A stretch of DNA of 64,000 nucleotides, taken from assembly GCA_937891905.1 (NCBI GenBank), contig CALATT010000051.1, forward strand, positions 3,135 to 67,134, given 5' to 3'. A program made the position numbers and the translations under genes. Shown here piece after piece: positions 8,701-17,981 of the stretch. A model generated the notes under the pieces. It saw only the letters and a list, made by a program, of their open reading frames with translations, did no database searches and was not told the origin of the DNA. Positions within the stretch are counted from its first letter, which is position 1, and each line of letters starts with the position of its first letter. Source of the stretch: an uncultured Bacteroidales bacterium (lineage in GTDB: Bacteria; Bacteroidota; Bacteroidia; Bacteroidales; Paludibacteraceae).

Positions 8701-11700
8701 GGTACTCATTGTTATACACGCGTCCGTGCGCGAAACAGTATAGGTACCCGCGCGCACGACTGCATAACTTGCGCTATTTGCGCCATCTATTGCTTCTCCG
8801 TCACGGTACCATTGATAAGAGCCACCTGTGAAGTCTGTAGTGCCATCTTGCATTTTTGCCTCTAAGGTGATAGAGTTGTTACATCCGTTTAAGTTCGTAC
8901 CTGCCGCTGCTACAATTTTTGGAGCTTGATCTTTACATCCGACTGTAATGGTATAACTACCTTGGCATGCGCAGTATTCTGTTTCACTGATTTCTCCACC
9001 TGCGAAAGTAGCTGTGATGGTTACTGTACCTGTCATTCCTTCGAATGTCACATTACCATCTTCATCTACTGTAGCGATAGCAGTATTAGAAGAAGTGTAG
9101 GTGAGTGTTTGTCCCTCTAATGTAGTCTCACCTGATTTGAGTGTGAAGGTAGGTTCTACAAAATCCGCGTGTGTACTAATGTTATACTCATTATTGTAGG
9201 AACCTACTGTGAGTGTTGTCTCTGTACAAGCATTCTTGTATGTGAAGCAGGCTTCTGCGAGATAGAATTTACCTGTACCGGCACCTTTTCCATCCATATT
9301 GCGTCCTATACGGAAGGCATTAACATCTGCATCTGCTGGCAATTCGATTGTTATCGTTTTGTAGGCGGTAGGCACGGCAGAAGATGTTTCCTTATAGGTC
9401 CATGTTGTACCTCCGTTTGTAGAATAGCCATACACAGCCTTAGAGTTATTAGTGTGTGCTACAGTTACTTTGGCAGTAGCAAAGTATCTGCCTGTAGGAG
9501 CCGTGTATGTGAGGTATTCTTTACTACCATTTGATTCCCATGCTGATCTTGATTCGTATGTTTCTGAGGAACAACTTGTATTTGTAAATCTAAATTCATG
9601 GTCGCCTTCATTTCCCTTTGTAGCACATTCTTCTGAGATGAATGGTGTGACGGTGACTGTAATTGGATTAGAAGTAACTGATCCGCATGAGTTAGATGCT
9701 ACGCAGAAGAGGTAGAATATTTGGTCTGCTGCTTCTGTGATAGAAGCCGCAGCAAGCAATAAGTCTTTGGATGTACCTACTTTCGTATCTTCTGCTGCGT
9801 CAAAGGAATTATCTGAACTCTTATACCATGCATATCCTGTTGCATTAGTTGCTTGCACATCGCTTATTGCCAATGCGTTACCTTTCATTACGGACGCTGT
9901 GGTAGCAAAGGTATTGAATGTAGGTGCAGTTAATACGGTAAGTGTTACTTCTTCTGAGATACGCTTACATCCGGCTTCGGCAATAACGCGGTATTGACCT
10001 GCATGCTCTGTAGTCACAGAAGAGATAGTATAGGTATCAGAAGAAGTAGCTCCGTTGATGTCCTCCCAAGTATTACCATCCTTTTTCTGCCATAGGAATT
10101 CAGCTCCGTTAGCATAGTTGGTGGCTGTGAAGGTGACATTTTCTGTACCTTCACAGACAGTAGCATTATCCACAGTAGCGATTACTTGTGGGTCGGTGCA
10201 ATTAACATCCGAACATATCTCTATCGATAATTCTGTTAGGTAGAATGCATCCGTTGCACATACATAATATGTGCCTGCAGACAATTCAGCCGATGCTGTA
10301 TTCAATTCATTCGTAGTACTAGGCTTAATATATGCATAAGTGGTTACGAGAGAACCAGTAGGACTGTTGGATATAAACACACTACGATCTGTACTAATGA
10401 TATATCCAGCCATGAAGAGACTACCTACATACCCAGAAGGTATCTCAAACTGAATGTATCTGCTATCTGCTTTTGTTGTTCCTCCAACAAACTTCCATCC
10501 TTTCTTGTATGTTTTGTCATTATAGGTATAAGTACAAGGATTTGAACTAGTTGCCGTTCCTACATTTGCCCATGAAGCGCCAGTATTTGCCTCTGTTCCT
10601 GTGGCATCTACGGCAGGTATTGTTTGATCGTTAGAACTATCAAAGATAATCATATCATAACAACCTGCGCTTGGTGTCTTGACTACTAATTCATATACTT
10701 TCTCAGCAGTGCCGCAAGAGTTAGTGCCGTCGCCTTCTACTATTACCTTATAATAATAGGTACCTGCCTTGTCTGGGGTGAGCGCGAGCGTGGCATTTTC
10801 TTCGTCGTTGATGATTTGCGCGGTAGTGCCTTCTGCATCATTACATGTATACCATTGATAAGTTACTCCGCTGGATGCGCAAGAAGCGGTTAGTGTTACG
10901 CTATTGCCTGCAAAGATAGTGGATGCACTAGCTGTGATAGCAGGTGTAGCAGTTGCCGGGGTGACGGTGAGTGTCACTTCTTTGGTTGCTGTTGCACTGG
11001 CTTTTCCTTCAGCAGAGACTGTTGCTGTCACTACATATGTACCGCCTGCCGCCTCTGTGATATCATTCAATGTGAGGGTAGCGCTGTTTGAAAGAACGGT
11101 GTTATTACCCTTCTTGTTCCATTGGTATGCAATTGTTTCGCCGTCTTGTAAGGTTGCGGTGTTATTTGCTGTCCATGAAACATTGTTGCCTGGGCACACT
11201 TTTGGGTTCTCTAAATCAGATAGTACAGGTGTGGTGCAAGAAGGGAGAGAAGTAATATCTATTACTATTATTCCATAAAAATCGCCGCTACCGCTAATAC
11301 TTATATCTCCTGTGAAACTACCATTTTTAACAAACTCATGAGCAAAGAAAGTATTTTTATTCGAAGATGATGTATATTCGACTCCTCCAATAGTAAGTTT
11401 TCTCGAAGAACTTCCACACCAACCATAGAATCTAATGGATGTTGCAGTTTTACTTCCTAATTTAAGCGTATAGGTAGTAGCGTCCTTAAACTTCATTCCT
11501 TGTATATAACGATTAGCCGTAGAGGAAGAACCCCAATTAGACGATTTGCTTAATTCTTCGTGTGTTAAATTGTTTGAGTTATAGTATATACCTGCTGCTG
11601 ACGGTGTAGAAGATATCGACAATGCTGTTGAATTCTCCACAACTCCACCAGTAACTGTGAAGAACTGAATCATACCATTGGTTATTCCCTTTACTAAAGC

Positions 11701-14700
11701 TCCATTTTGGATTGCCACTTGACCATAATAGTATTTCTCTTCTCCTGTGCCTGGATTTGGTTCAACGCTTGCGGCGGTAACGGTGAAATCATTAGAGTTT
11801 TGTGTAATTTCGTTTCCACATGCATCAGTTGCGGAAGCAACCAGATGCGTAGTTCCCGCAGCCACATAATGCAGTTTACCGTCAACGATAGTAGCTATTG
11901 AAGGATCAGCAGATGTAACTGTAACAGCTGAGCCATCAGAGCAAGAAACGGCGTATGCGAAATCTGCGCTACCCACTTGTCCATTCGCTGGTTGCGTATT
12001 CCAAGTGATTGTTGCCGCAGGAGCAGTGCTACAATCAACAGAACATAAGTCGCCCACAATCGTTATAGGACTCTTGATGCGGAAAGATTGATAATTACCT
12101 CCTTTCTTAACTGCATTGAGTCGTAAGGTGACTGTTCCGCTCAAGGATGCATTATTAGGTATCGTATACGCGATATCTGCATTGGCTCCGTCAGCATTAT
12201 TAGGATAGACCTCACCTTCAATGGTGGTTGTAGCATCTGACAATGTACCAACAAATTGATAGTAATGGGTGTCTCCACTTCCGCCGACACCATAGCACAT
12301 CAGATTGGTGTTGATAGCAGTTGGTTTGAATACATATCCACTTGGTACATCGAAGGTGAATGTGACGCCATCGCTGACATTATCATTTGTCGCAGAAGCT
12401 CCATAACGCTCTGAATAATCTGCAAATGATGAATTTGGGTCACCGGTATTAGATTCAGCTGCACCTATTGCTGTCGCACCAGTTAAACTGGTTATCGTTC
12501 CAGAAGGAGAAACCGATTGCGAAGCTGTTTTGTTGTTATGTGTTACTAAATTATAAGTAATGGTAGTTTCTGTACATTCCTCTGGCTCTGGGTCTGGTGT
12601 GACAGGAGTGTTCTCTGTCCATTGCGCATATAGGGTGATGTTAGCAGAGAGTGTAGCACCGGCTATAGCAGCAGTAGTCAATTCTGAATCGGTATACCAT
12701 CCGCCAAATTCGTAACCCGTTTTGGTTGGGATTGGTAATGGGTTTGGTAATGCTGTTTGTTCTGTTGCATTGCTTGGGCATCCACTCGTTGCACCATTAC
12801 ATTCGTAGGTTACGGTATAAGTAGAAGGAGTAGAAGGAGCAGGGGTGTAACAGATTGTACTAATAACCATTGCGTTTGATAATTCAACCCAAATATAAGT
12901 ATTGGCTGGTATTGCCTCGCTAAAGTTAATCTTAAACTCTTGACATCCCTTTGTTGGACCTATTTTTGTATCGCCTACTAATGCTGCATTAGAATATGAA
13001 TCTTTGTCTGCTGTTGTGCTCGTTTTTACAGATTTTATTGTTCTCTCGGATGAACTATATCCAGAGAAATGGATTGAAGTAATTGGAACATTGACTTTCA
13101 CCAAAAACCTTTGATTTTCAAACGCATACACTTTCGAACCACTACAATCTGTTTTCCCCGTACCCCAACGACTTGTTGAATTTAGACGACCATCACTATC
13201 TGTCGCATACATAGCGAAGTCACCTTTCGTATAGCTACTTACACTTGAACTTCCTTCAAAAGTAACACAGACCTCATCACTTGGTTCGGGTTCTACAGCA
13301 TTTGCTGTCCATTGCGCATACAAGGTGATATCTGCAGAAGGAGCATAAGAATCACCTGCTACGCCCACTAAGGTGCCACCTGTAGCGGCTGTGTACCAAC
13401 CATTGAAAGTATAACCATCACGGGTTGGGGTTGGCAATGCAACTGAGGATGCATTCTCGCTGGTTGTAGAGCAAGAACCACCATTCGCATCATAAGTAAC
13501 CGTATAAGTTGGTATTACAACTTCCGTCTTAAAGGTATAACATATTTGTGAAACCTTAGGTGTTGTACCACTCTTGATGATTTGAATGGTAGAGGCATTC
13601 GTACCAGCAGGAATAGCAATTGTGTATGTTTTCTCTGCTTTGGTGCTTGACGCTAATGTTTGTTGCGAACCTCCATTGATTTTATAGTAATTATTCTTAC
13701 CATCACTTCCGCATGTGGCTGTGAAAGTAAAGGTCTCGAAATAGCGACCTGCAGGAGCAGTAAACAACATATTACTACCTACAGAAAGACCATTTGCATC
13801 CGCTGTGCAGTTATCACCCAACGCAACTTGCGTGCCATCCGCTAAAGTGGTGCTACTACCCAAAGTGGTACTATTCACTACGAAGCAACCCTCTCCTAAT
13901 TCTTGCCATTGTGCAGTAAAGGTGGTGTTTGTAGCAGTCACCGTGTACGCATCGCCTGCTTTATACACATTATCATCTCCATCACAGAGCCATCCAACAA
14001 AGATACTATTCGCCTTAGAAGCAGGCGCTGCCAAAACAATGGTTGTTCCCTCTGTCACTGCTTCTTGTGTTGGCGTTGCACTATCCGCACCATCGGTATC
14101 GTAAGTAATGGTATAGGTAGCCGCATTAACTACTATAGCGCCCGATAGTGCTGTGGTGTAAACAACAGGGCAACCCGTCTCTGTTACTACGCAATAGTAA
14201 TACCATGTATCGTGTGCCTCAGCGGTAGAAGGAGTATAAGTACTTTCCGTTGCACCATCAATCAGTTCGCCATGGGCTATATCCGAAGTTGTTTTATACC
14301 ATTGATAAGTGAGTGCTCCGCCATTGCTTGCCGTCACACCAGTGATAGACATACTTGCTGCGGATGCATTTTGCATGTATGTATTACCTGGAGCGGTAAA
14401 GGTAGAGCCCGTACCATTAGCACCACTACATGCAGCTATTGTGACCTCAACTTGCTTATTGAGGATGTTATAACCTGTAGCAGACTCCCAAATACCTGTA
14501 TTCGCAAAACGCACTGCGTACTTAGGATTATTTGCAATAGACGCAGATGCATCTGGCAAATAGAGATATAAATCATAGGTGCCAGCAGCCATTGTAGCAG
14601 GAAGAGTGATATACTCATTGATGGCAGTAGTAGCATTATTTGGTGCCCAAGTGCGTGGGTCTGAAGATAATGGTATAGAATATGTATTCGTACTATTCTT

Positions 14701-17700
14701 CAATACTATGTAAGCATAGCGCTCATTGTATAAAGGTGCATAACCCACATTCTTGATATTGAGTTGCACATTCATTGGGGTGCCTGCCGTTGCCTCGTTA
14801 GGTAAGGTTGCGCTTTCTAATTCAAAGCGATAGCCTAACTGTTTGGACATGCGAGCATATGAACCCTCTGCTTTCCACTGATTAGTGACATATTGACTAT
14901 AACTATGATTCAAATAGCTATAGTGCAATTGTGCCATTTCTTTTTCTGCAATTGAGCCTTTACACCAAGTATCATAAGTAGATGACTCTCCATCATCTAA
15001 GTTGGTCTCACCACCAATTGGCACATACAAACACTCTTGTGCGATATATTTCATATCCTCGGTACGGTCCTCATATGTACCCTGGTTCTTCTCACCATTC
15101 AAGAATGCGTCATTATGGTGACCCAGACGCGCTTGATCTGAACCATGATAAGCTACTGCAGAAGTGAGTGGATTATTATTGCCCAAGTATTTTTTCTTAA
15201 ACAATGGTGTACGCAATTGCACATAGCGATTAGCAGGAACTGCATCTAATAATTGGTCAATCAAGTTCTGTCTAACCGACCACTCTACTTCATCTCCTGT
15301 GCCGAGTGACGAATAATACCATTCACCCCACACACCCAAGAAGCCTGCTTGCACCACATAGATAACATCAGCGTTCGCTTGCAAATAAGGTTTAAGTTGT
15401 GCTAAGTGCGTCTCCCAAGTAGCAGGCGAAGCGTCTTCGAAATCATTATAATCCTCATCACCATCTTCATCGGTATCCTTATCGTATGCAAAACGCAAGA
15501 TACACTTCATGCCGTTGGTACGGATTTTCTGCATATCATTATTGAACATCGTGATGAAGCCATTAGGTAATTGTTTATTCTGGCGCAGTTCGTCTGTATC
15601 TAAATAATAGATACGCAAGAGAAGTGAACGGTTTGCTGCTCGTGCATCATCAAAATAGCTATCCCAAAGGTTATCATCATAGTCACCCGTTGAAGCATGA
15701 GACCACTCTGCATGCTCATAGAATCCACGCTCTGGGTTCGGGAAGTCGGTCTCGTCAATTGGATATGCCGCACCACCTGTGGCACTAACAGTCAATGTAT
15801 AAGTTACGGTAGCTGCGCAATAATCATCCTGAGCCGCCGCAGAAGCTGTGATGATAGTAGAACCAGAGCCCTTAATCGTCACTTCGCCATTTGAAGCTAT
15901 CGTAGCCACTTTGGTATTGCTACTGCTATATGCCACAGCCAAACCATGTGGATTGGTCAAGGTATTTGTGAATGACGCATCTTGATCTGTCTTCGCAATA
16001 GAAGTGGTAGAATAAGCCAATTCAGGGTTAGAGCATGACGAACCACCACAATTAGAGACTGTAATAGACTTGAGGAAACTATTGTTAGAACGATGTATCT
16101 GGAATGTTGATGTACCTTCTAGGCCATCACCTGCTGTCACTATATACGAAGCAGAGAAATCGCCTACTCCATCTTGAGTGTATGTTCCTACCACATCGCC
16201 AGTACCATCTGCCAACTTCAATCCTCGTTCACCCGTAGTACCATTGTACATATTGAGTGTAATAACAGTACCTACTTGCATCTCTGTCAGCAATGTAACG
16301 CTTACTTTAGAAGAACCGCTAGACTTAAATGCCAATCCATTGGATGAGTACTCTATGGTACCATCAATCATTGTCATCGTACCGCCTACACCTGCTCCTA
16401 AGATTACATCACCAGCAGCAGGAGCTGTTCCAGAGGTAGCCAATATAAACTCATAGCAGTTATTACTCTCTTCCCACTTTGCATAAAGAGTCTTCGCCGA
16501 AGTAACAGGAGTATTGAAATTATATTCACTGGTGCATGCTTGATCGCTGTACCAGCCCACAAAGACATATCCTGCACTCACTGGCGTTGATGGCGCAGAA
16601 GCCTTAGCACCGCTCACTACCTCTTGCGTGAAAGAGTCACCATGACCATTCAAATTAAAGGTTACCGTCAAGGCTTGCACCCATTTAGCATAAAGAGTAG
16701 TATTTGCAGTAATAGGCGTTGAGAAATCAAATGCAGAGGTACATGCTTGGTTTGTGTACCAACCATCAAACACAAATCCGGTAGTAGTAGGATTGGCTGG
16801 AGCAGCGATTGTACGATTCTCATATACATCTTGTGTGAAGTTAGTGCCCTTACCATTCAGATTGAAGGTAACTACAAATTTATTCAAAGTAGCACCGCAA
16901 GTTTGAATCGTTCCGTCTGTTTCGACAATCAAAGTAGCTCCCGCACCGCAGTCAGGGTCTGTGACATTCGCAACCGCATCCGAAGCAGACTCTATAAAAT
17001 AGCGATAACTGGGCTTATTAACCGTACCCTGATCAGAAGGCAAATTACCTACGCTATTAACAAACTTACATGCGTTTGTACCTCCATAAGACTTAAATAT
17101 CTTATCTTTTGAATTGGCTTTTCCCGCAAAAGTACAGCCCTCGAAATAGCATTTCGCATTCTCAGGGCCCACATAATAATTGGCTACATCGGAATTCCAA
17201 TAGCAATTAAAGAAATGAATCTCGCAGTTACGACAACGAACCATACGCTCTTTACAACCATTATCCCACCAGTTATGCGCATAAGTCACATTATATGTAC
17301 CATCGGCTGGTTTATCATCTTCACTCGAACCTAATAAATTGGTATAACGGTGGTCTGCCGCGCCACCTGAACCACCAGACTTAGCTGGCTTCAAATAGCG
17401 GAAACGACACCAAGTAACGGTAATATTATCCGCGTTAGACTTAATATCAAAGTTACCATCACAACCATCTTGGAAATCACAGTGGTCCACCCACGCATTC
17501 GTAGCGTCCTCAAATTGCAATAGATCCTTACCATTGCAGTCATATGCACCAGGACCTATAAATGTAACATTACGAATGATAATATTACTTCCCCGCATAT
17601 TAAGAATACCTGATTGCTCTTTGCTCTGGCCATTGGAGATAAGACATCTACCAGGCAAAGCCAATAGCGTAATATTACTTCCCCTAGAGGTGAACTGAGT

Positions 17701-17916
17701 AGAAACTGTGATATTGGCTGTAATAATCACCACTCGGTTAGATTTGCTTCCACTGAGTGCATCAATAAGTTCCTGCTCGGTATCCACCGAGATAGGCGTA
17801 GCATTACCGCCACCTGTAGCATTACTACCATAGCCAAAGAGATCATACATGCCTTGCGCAGAAAGAGAAGCAAAGCCCATCAAAGACATTAAGACTACGA
17901 GAAAAAGTTTTTTCAT
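5782..17916 (-). CDS. Giant (4,044 aa) T9SS-secreted multi-domain pectinolytic protein
   Basis: A single uninterrupted ORF begins with the signal peptide MKKLFLVVLMSLMGFASLSAQ. It contains an N-terminal PL1 pectate lyase, Listeria-Bacteroides repeats, Big_2 domains, a DUF4874/DUF4832-like region and repeated Ig-like 'YQWY' domains. The C-terminus ...KFIKDDKIFIFVNGILYDATGKMVIR resembles a T9SS CTD. Confidence 0.9.
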   Translation of the reverse strand: MKKLFLVVLMSLMGFASLSAQGMYDLFGYGSNATGGGNATPISVDTEQELIDALSGSKSNRVVIITANITVSTQFTSRGSNITLLALPGRCLISNGQSKEQSGILNMRGSNIIIRNVTFIGPGAYDCNGKDLLQFEDATNAWVDHCDFQDGCDGNFDIKSNADNITVTWCRFRYLKPAKSGGSGGAADHRYTNLLGSSEDDKPADGTYNVTYAHNWWDNGCKERMVRCRNCEIHFFNCYWNSDVANYYVGPENAKCYFEGCTFAGKANSKDKIFKSYGGTNACKFVNSVGNLPSDQGTVNKPSYRYFIESASDAVANVTDPDCGAGATLIVETDGTIQTCGATLNKFVVTFNLNGKGTNFTQDVYENRTIAAPANPTTTGFVFDGWYTNQACTSAFDFSTPITANTTLYAKWVQALTVTFNLNGHGDSFTQEVVSGAKASAPSTPVSAGYVFVGWYSDQACTSEYNFNTPVTSAKTLYAKWEESNNCYEFILATSGTAPAAGDVILGAGVGGTMTMIDGTIEYSSNGLAFKSSGSSKVSVTLLTEMQVGTVITLNMYNGTTGERGLKLADGTGDVVGTYTQDGVGDFSASYIVTAGDGLEGTSTFQIHRSNNSFLKSITVSNCGGSSCSNPELAYSTTSIAKTDQDASFTNTLTNPHGLAVAYSSSNTKVATIASNGEVTIKGSGSTIITASAAAQDDYCAATVTYTLTVSATGGAAYPIDETDFPNPERGFYEHAEWSHASTGDYDDNLWDSYFDDARAANRSLLLRIYYLDTDELRQNKQLPNGFITMFNNDMQKIRTNGMKCILRFAYDKDTDEDGDEDYNDFEDASPATWETHLAQLKPYLQANADVIYVVQAGFLGVWGEWYYSSLGTGDEVEWSVRQNLIDQLLDAVPANRYVQLRTPLFKKKYLGNNNPLTSAVAYHGSDQARLGHHNDAFLNGEKNQGTYEDRTEDMKYIAQECLYVPIGGETNLDDGESSTYDTWCKGSIAEKEMAQLHYSYLNHSYSQYVTNQWKAEGSYARMSKQLGYRFELESATLPNEATAGTPMNVQLNIKNVGYAPLYNERYAYIVLKNSTNTYSIPLSSDPRTWAPNNATTAINEYITLPATMAAGTYDLYLYLPDASASIANNPKYAVRFANTGIWESATGYNILNKQVEVTIAACSGANGTGSTFTAPGNTYMQNASAASMSITGVTASNGGALTYQWYKTTSDIAHGELIDGATESTYTPSTAEAHDTWYYYCVVTETGCPVVYTTALSGAIVVNAATYTITYDTDGADSATPTQEAVTEGTTIVLAAPASKANSIFVGWLCDGDDNVYKAGDAYTVTATNTTFTAQWQELGEGCFVVNSTTLGSSTTLADGTQVALGDNCTADANGLSVGSNMLFTAPAGRYFETFTFTATCGSDGKNNYYKINGGSQQTLASSTKAEKTYTIAIPAGTNASTIQIIKSGTTPKVSQICYTFKTEVVIPTYTVTYDANGGSCSTTSENASSVALPTPTRDGYTFNGWYTAATGGTLVGVAGDSYAPSADITLYAQWTANAVEPEPSDEVCVTFEGSSSVSSYTKGDFAMYATDSDGRLNSTSRWGTGKTDCSGSKVYAFENQRFLVKVNVPITSIHFSGYSSSERTIKSVKTSTTADKDSYSNAALVGDTKIGPTKGCQEFKINFSEAIPANTYIWVELSNAMVISTICYTPAPSTPSTYTVTYECNGATSGCPSNATEQTALPNPLPIPTKTGYEFGGWYTDSELTTAAIAGATLSANITLYAQWTENTPVTPDPEPEECTETTITYNLVTHNNKTASQSVSPSGTITSLTGATAIGAAESNTGDPNSSFADYSERYGASATNDNVSDGVTFTFDVPSGYVFKPTAINTNLMCYGVGGSGDTHYYQFVGTLSDATTTIEGEVYPNNADGANADIAYTIPNNASLSGTVTLRLNAVKKGGNYQSFRIKSPITIVGDLCSVDCSTAPAATITWNTQPANGQVGSADFAYAVSCSDGSAVTVTSADPSIATIVDGKLHYVAAGTTHLVASATDACGNEITQNSNDFTVTAASVEPNPGTGEEKYYYGQVAIQNGALVKGITNGMIQFFTVTGGVVENSTALSISSTPSAAGIYYNSNNLTHEELSKSSNWGSSSTANRYIQGMKFKDATTYTLKLGSKTATSIRFYGWCGSSSRKLTIGGVEYTSSSNKNTFFAHEFVKNGSFTGDISISGSGDFYGIIVIDITSLPSCTTPVLSDLENPKVCPGNNVSWTANNTATLQDGETIAYQWNKKGNNTVLSNSATLTLNDITEAAGGTYVVTATVSAEGKASATATKEVTLTVTPATATPAITASASTIFAGNSVTLTASCASSGVTYQWYTCNDAEGTTAQIINDEENATLALTPDKAGTYYYKVIVEGDGTNSCGTAEKVYELVVKTPSAGCYDMIIFDSSNDQTIPAVDATGTEANTGASWANVGTATSSNPCTYTYNDKTYKKGWKFVGGTTKADSRYIQFEIPSGYVGSLFMAGYIISTDRSVFISNSPTGSLVTTYAYIKPSTTNELNTASAELSAGTYYVCATDAFYLTELSIEICSDVNCTDPQVIATVDNATVCEGTENVTFTATNYANGAEFLWQKKDGNTWEDINGATSSDTYTISSVTTEHAGQYRVIAEAGCKRISEEVTLTVLTAPTFNTFATTASVMKGNALAISDVQATNATGYAWYKSSDNSFDAAEDTKVGTSKDLLLAAASITEAADQIFYLFCVASNSCGSVTSNPITVTVTPFISEECATKGNEGDHEFRFTNTSCSSETYESRSAWESNGSKEYLTYTAPTGRYFATAKVTVAHTNNSKAVYGYSTNGGTTWTYKETSSAVPTAYKTITIELPADADVNAFRIGRNMDGKGAGTGKFYLAEACFTYKNACTETTLTVGSYNNEYNISTHADFVEPTFTLKSGETTLEGQTLTYTSSNTAIATVDEDGNVTFEGMTGTVTITATFAGGEISETEYCACQGSYTITVGCKDQAPKIVAAAGTNLNGCNNSITLEAKMQDGTTDFTGGSYQWYRDGEAIDGANSASYAVVRAGTYTVSRTDACITMSTNSAIVTNENVEPEVERLTPFQYYHVDKTYSNQMKDRHLFAVKSYGILDGKRYHLTATKNGETTLNLSSSNAFFTIPSSDNAVDTVMINLNELKDKYAEGDEIVITCAPINSCNNASAITASITIHVIGDKPTLALICSGANGEGTRATKELVVGGDFLTGYNKADLCQQTGNTTFDPNTEWGFYTELKEKYIVTPVNGYAEFNKLNYEPFDILLLTDYPKASKSEAAATILDDMAALCDYRPLLSLKAHMVAKTPSKWAAKGFTTSPVVPAATSQYANIVCYAHPMFDELDDAHVEGIYHDHDDFNQLVYQILTGPGHESSKGLQGFELKDADNFVTIGLIHYNAAAEVVTHTDGDDTHAHLEWTPAADDRQLVAIAERQANIEARMILFAINCGAQSMQTPMGRQVLLTCLDYLLKTDLIEVADCRLTFDNGEGNTNWDESAYEGTGTKGDGLWSTAANWGPEYMVVPGRNNDVRIAAPCTVDAVKTKVLKGEEEQIADAYFPEVLSIHITKDGSLTIPANSSLTARSTILRADENGNVYPTNVADISLGSNEGGNASLILNNERGDTKAGVAMYSKAKADTDTYSEAASTWQYIGTPHSDVANAIYNYYDSWLYQYDTGTETEAEGWVVIPNGGPLVPFRGYCITHPEQGHTYWMEGTLAATTNQDITIPAGKFVVVANSWTAPIQIHELTDDDMEGLTEKTIYFFNTGSDPEGDGELNKENGRYATGTYVSVPIHSASYTGDSYIPSMQGFYVVGGTTDGTLHLDYERHVRAPRTNTPSGPMHAPARRVAADDEPQVAKFLFRGKRYDDRLIILERPDFTRGYDSGWDGEQWGGNAAAPMSYVVAETRYDAVSAIPEYEGTVIGFRAGEDSEYTIHFDYDGMEDALYLLDTDTQIYTRVLKGNSYTFTCADKAEHNRFILTRKAPQIATGTDHINTDENAKAVKFIKDDKIFIFVNGILYDATGKMVIR
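5785..6009 (-). other. T9SS C-terminal sorting domain of the giant protein
   Basis: The last ~75 aa end AVKFIKDDKIFIFVNGILYDATGKMVIR. This aligns with the C-terminus of the CE8 protein (KVIKDGKLFIMRDGKVYDAMGSMIR). Confidence 0.7.
14437..15765 (-). other. DUF4874/DUF4832-like putative glycoside-hydrolase TIM-barrel plus beta-sandwich (aa ~718-1160)
   Basis: Motifs seen are NPERGFYEH, LLLRIYYLD, CILRFAY, QAGFLGVWGEWYYS, LGHHNDAFL and VPIGGETN. They are followed by GYRFELESATLP...NVQLNIKNVGYAPLYN. Confidence 0.55.
16474..16881 (-). other. Two Listeria-Bacteroides (Flg_new-type) repeats (aa ~346-481)
   Basis: The two repeats read VTFNLNG(K/H)G...G(F/Y)VF(D/V)GWY(T/S)(N/D)QACTS...TLYAKW. More copies of this repeat occur further along the protein. 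Confidence 0.75.
16912..17853 (-). other. PL1 pectate lyase catalytic domain (aa ~22-335 of the giant protein)
   Basis: Motifs seen are NAWVDHCDFQDGCDGNFDIK, ADHRYTNLLG and CKERMVRCRNCEIHFFNCYW. The last corresponds to the PL1 R-x-P-x-x-R ... H-x-x-NN pattern in a parallel beta-helix context. Confidence 0.75.
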
Positions 17917-17981
17917 TGCGATTGAGTATTATATTTCCGGTTAATAACGCTTATATATATGCGCATGTTTAATTCTGGGCG

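Noticed and set aside
5862-17112. Many 60-124-aa ORFs on both strands inside the giant gene (for example 8183-8545, 9169-9534, 10904-11278 and 16747-17112).
   Set aside because: All are fully nested in, or antisense to, the uninterrupted 4,044-aa ORF, which has clear domain content. Their low-complexity, Cys/Ile-rich translations are typical of shadow frames.
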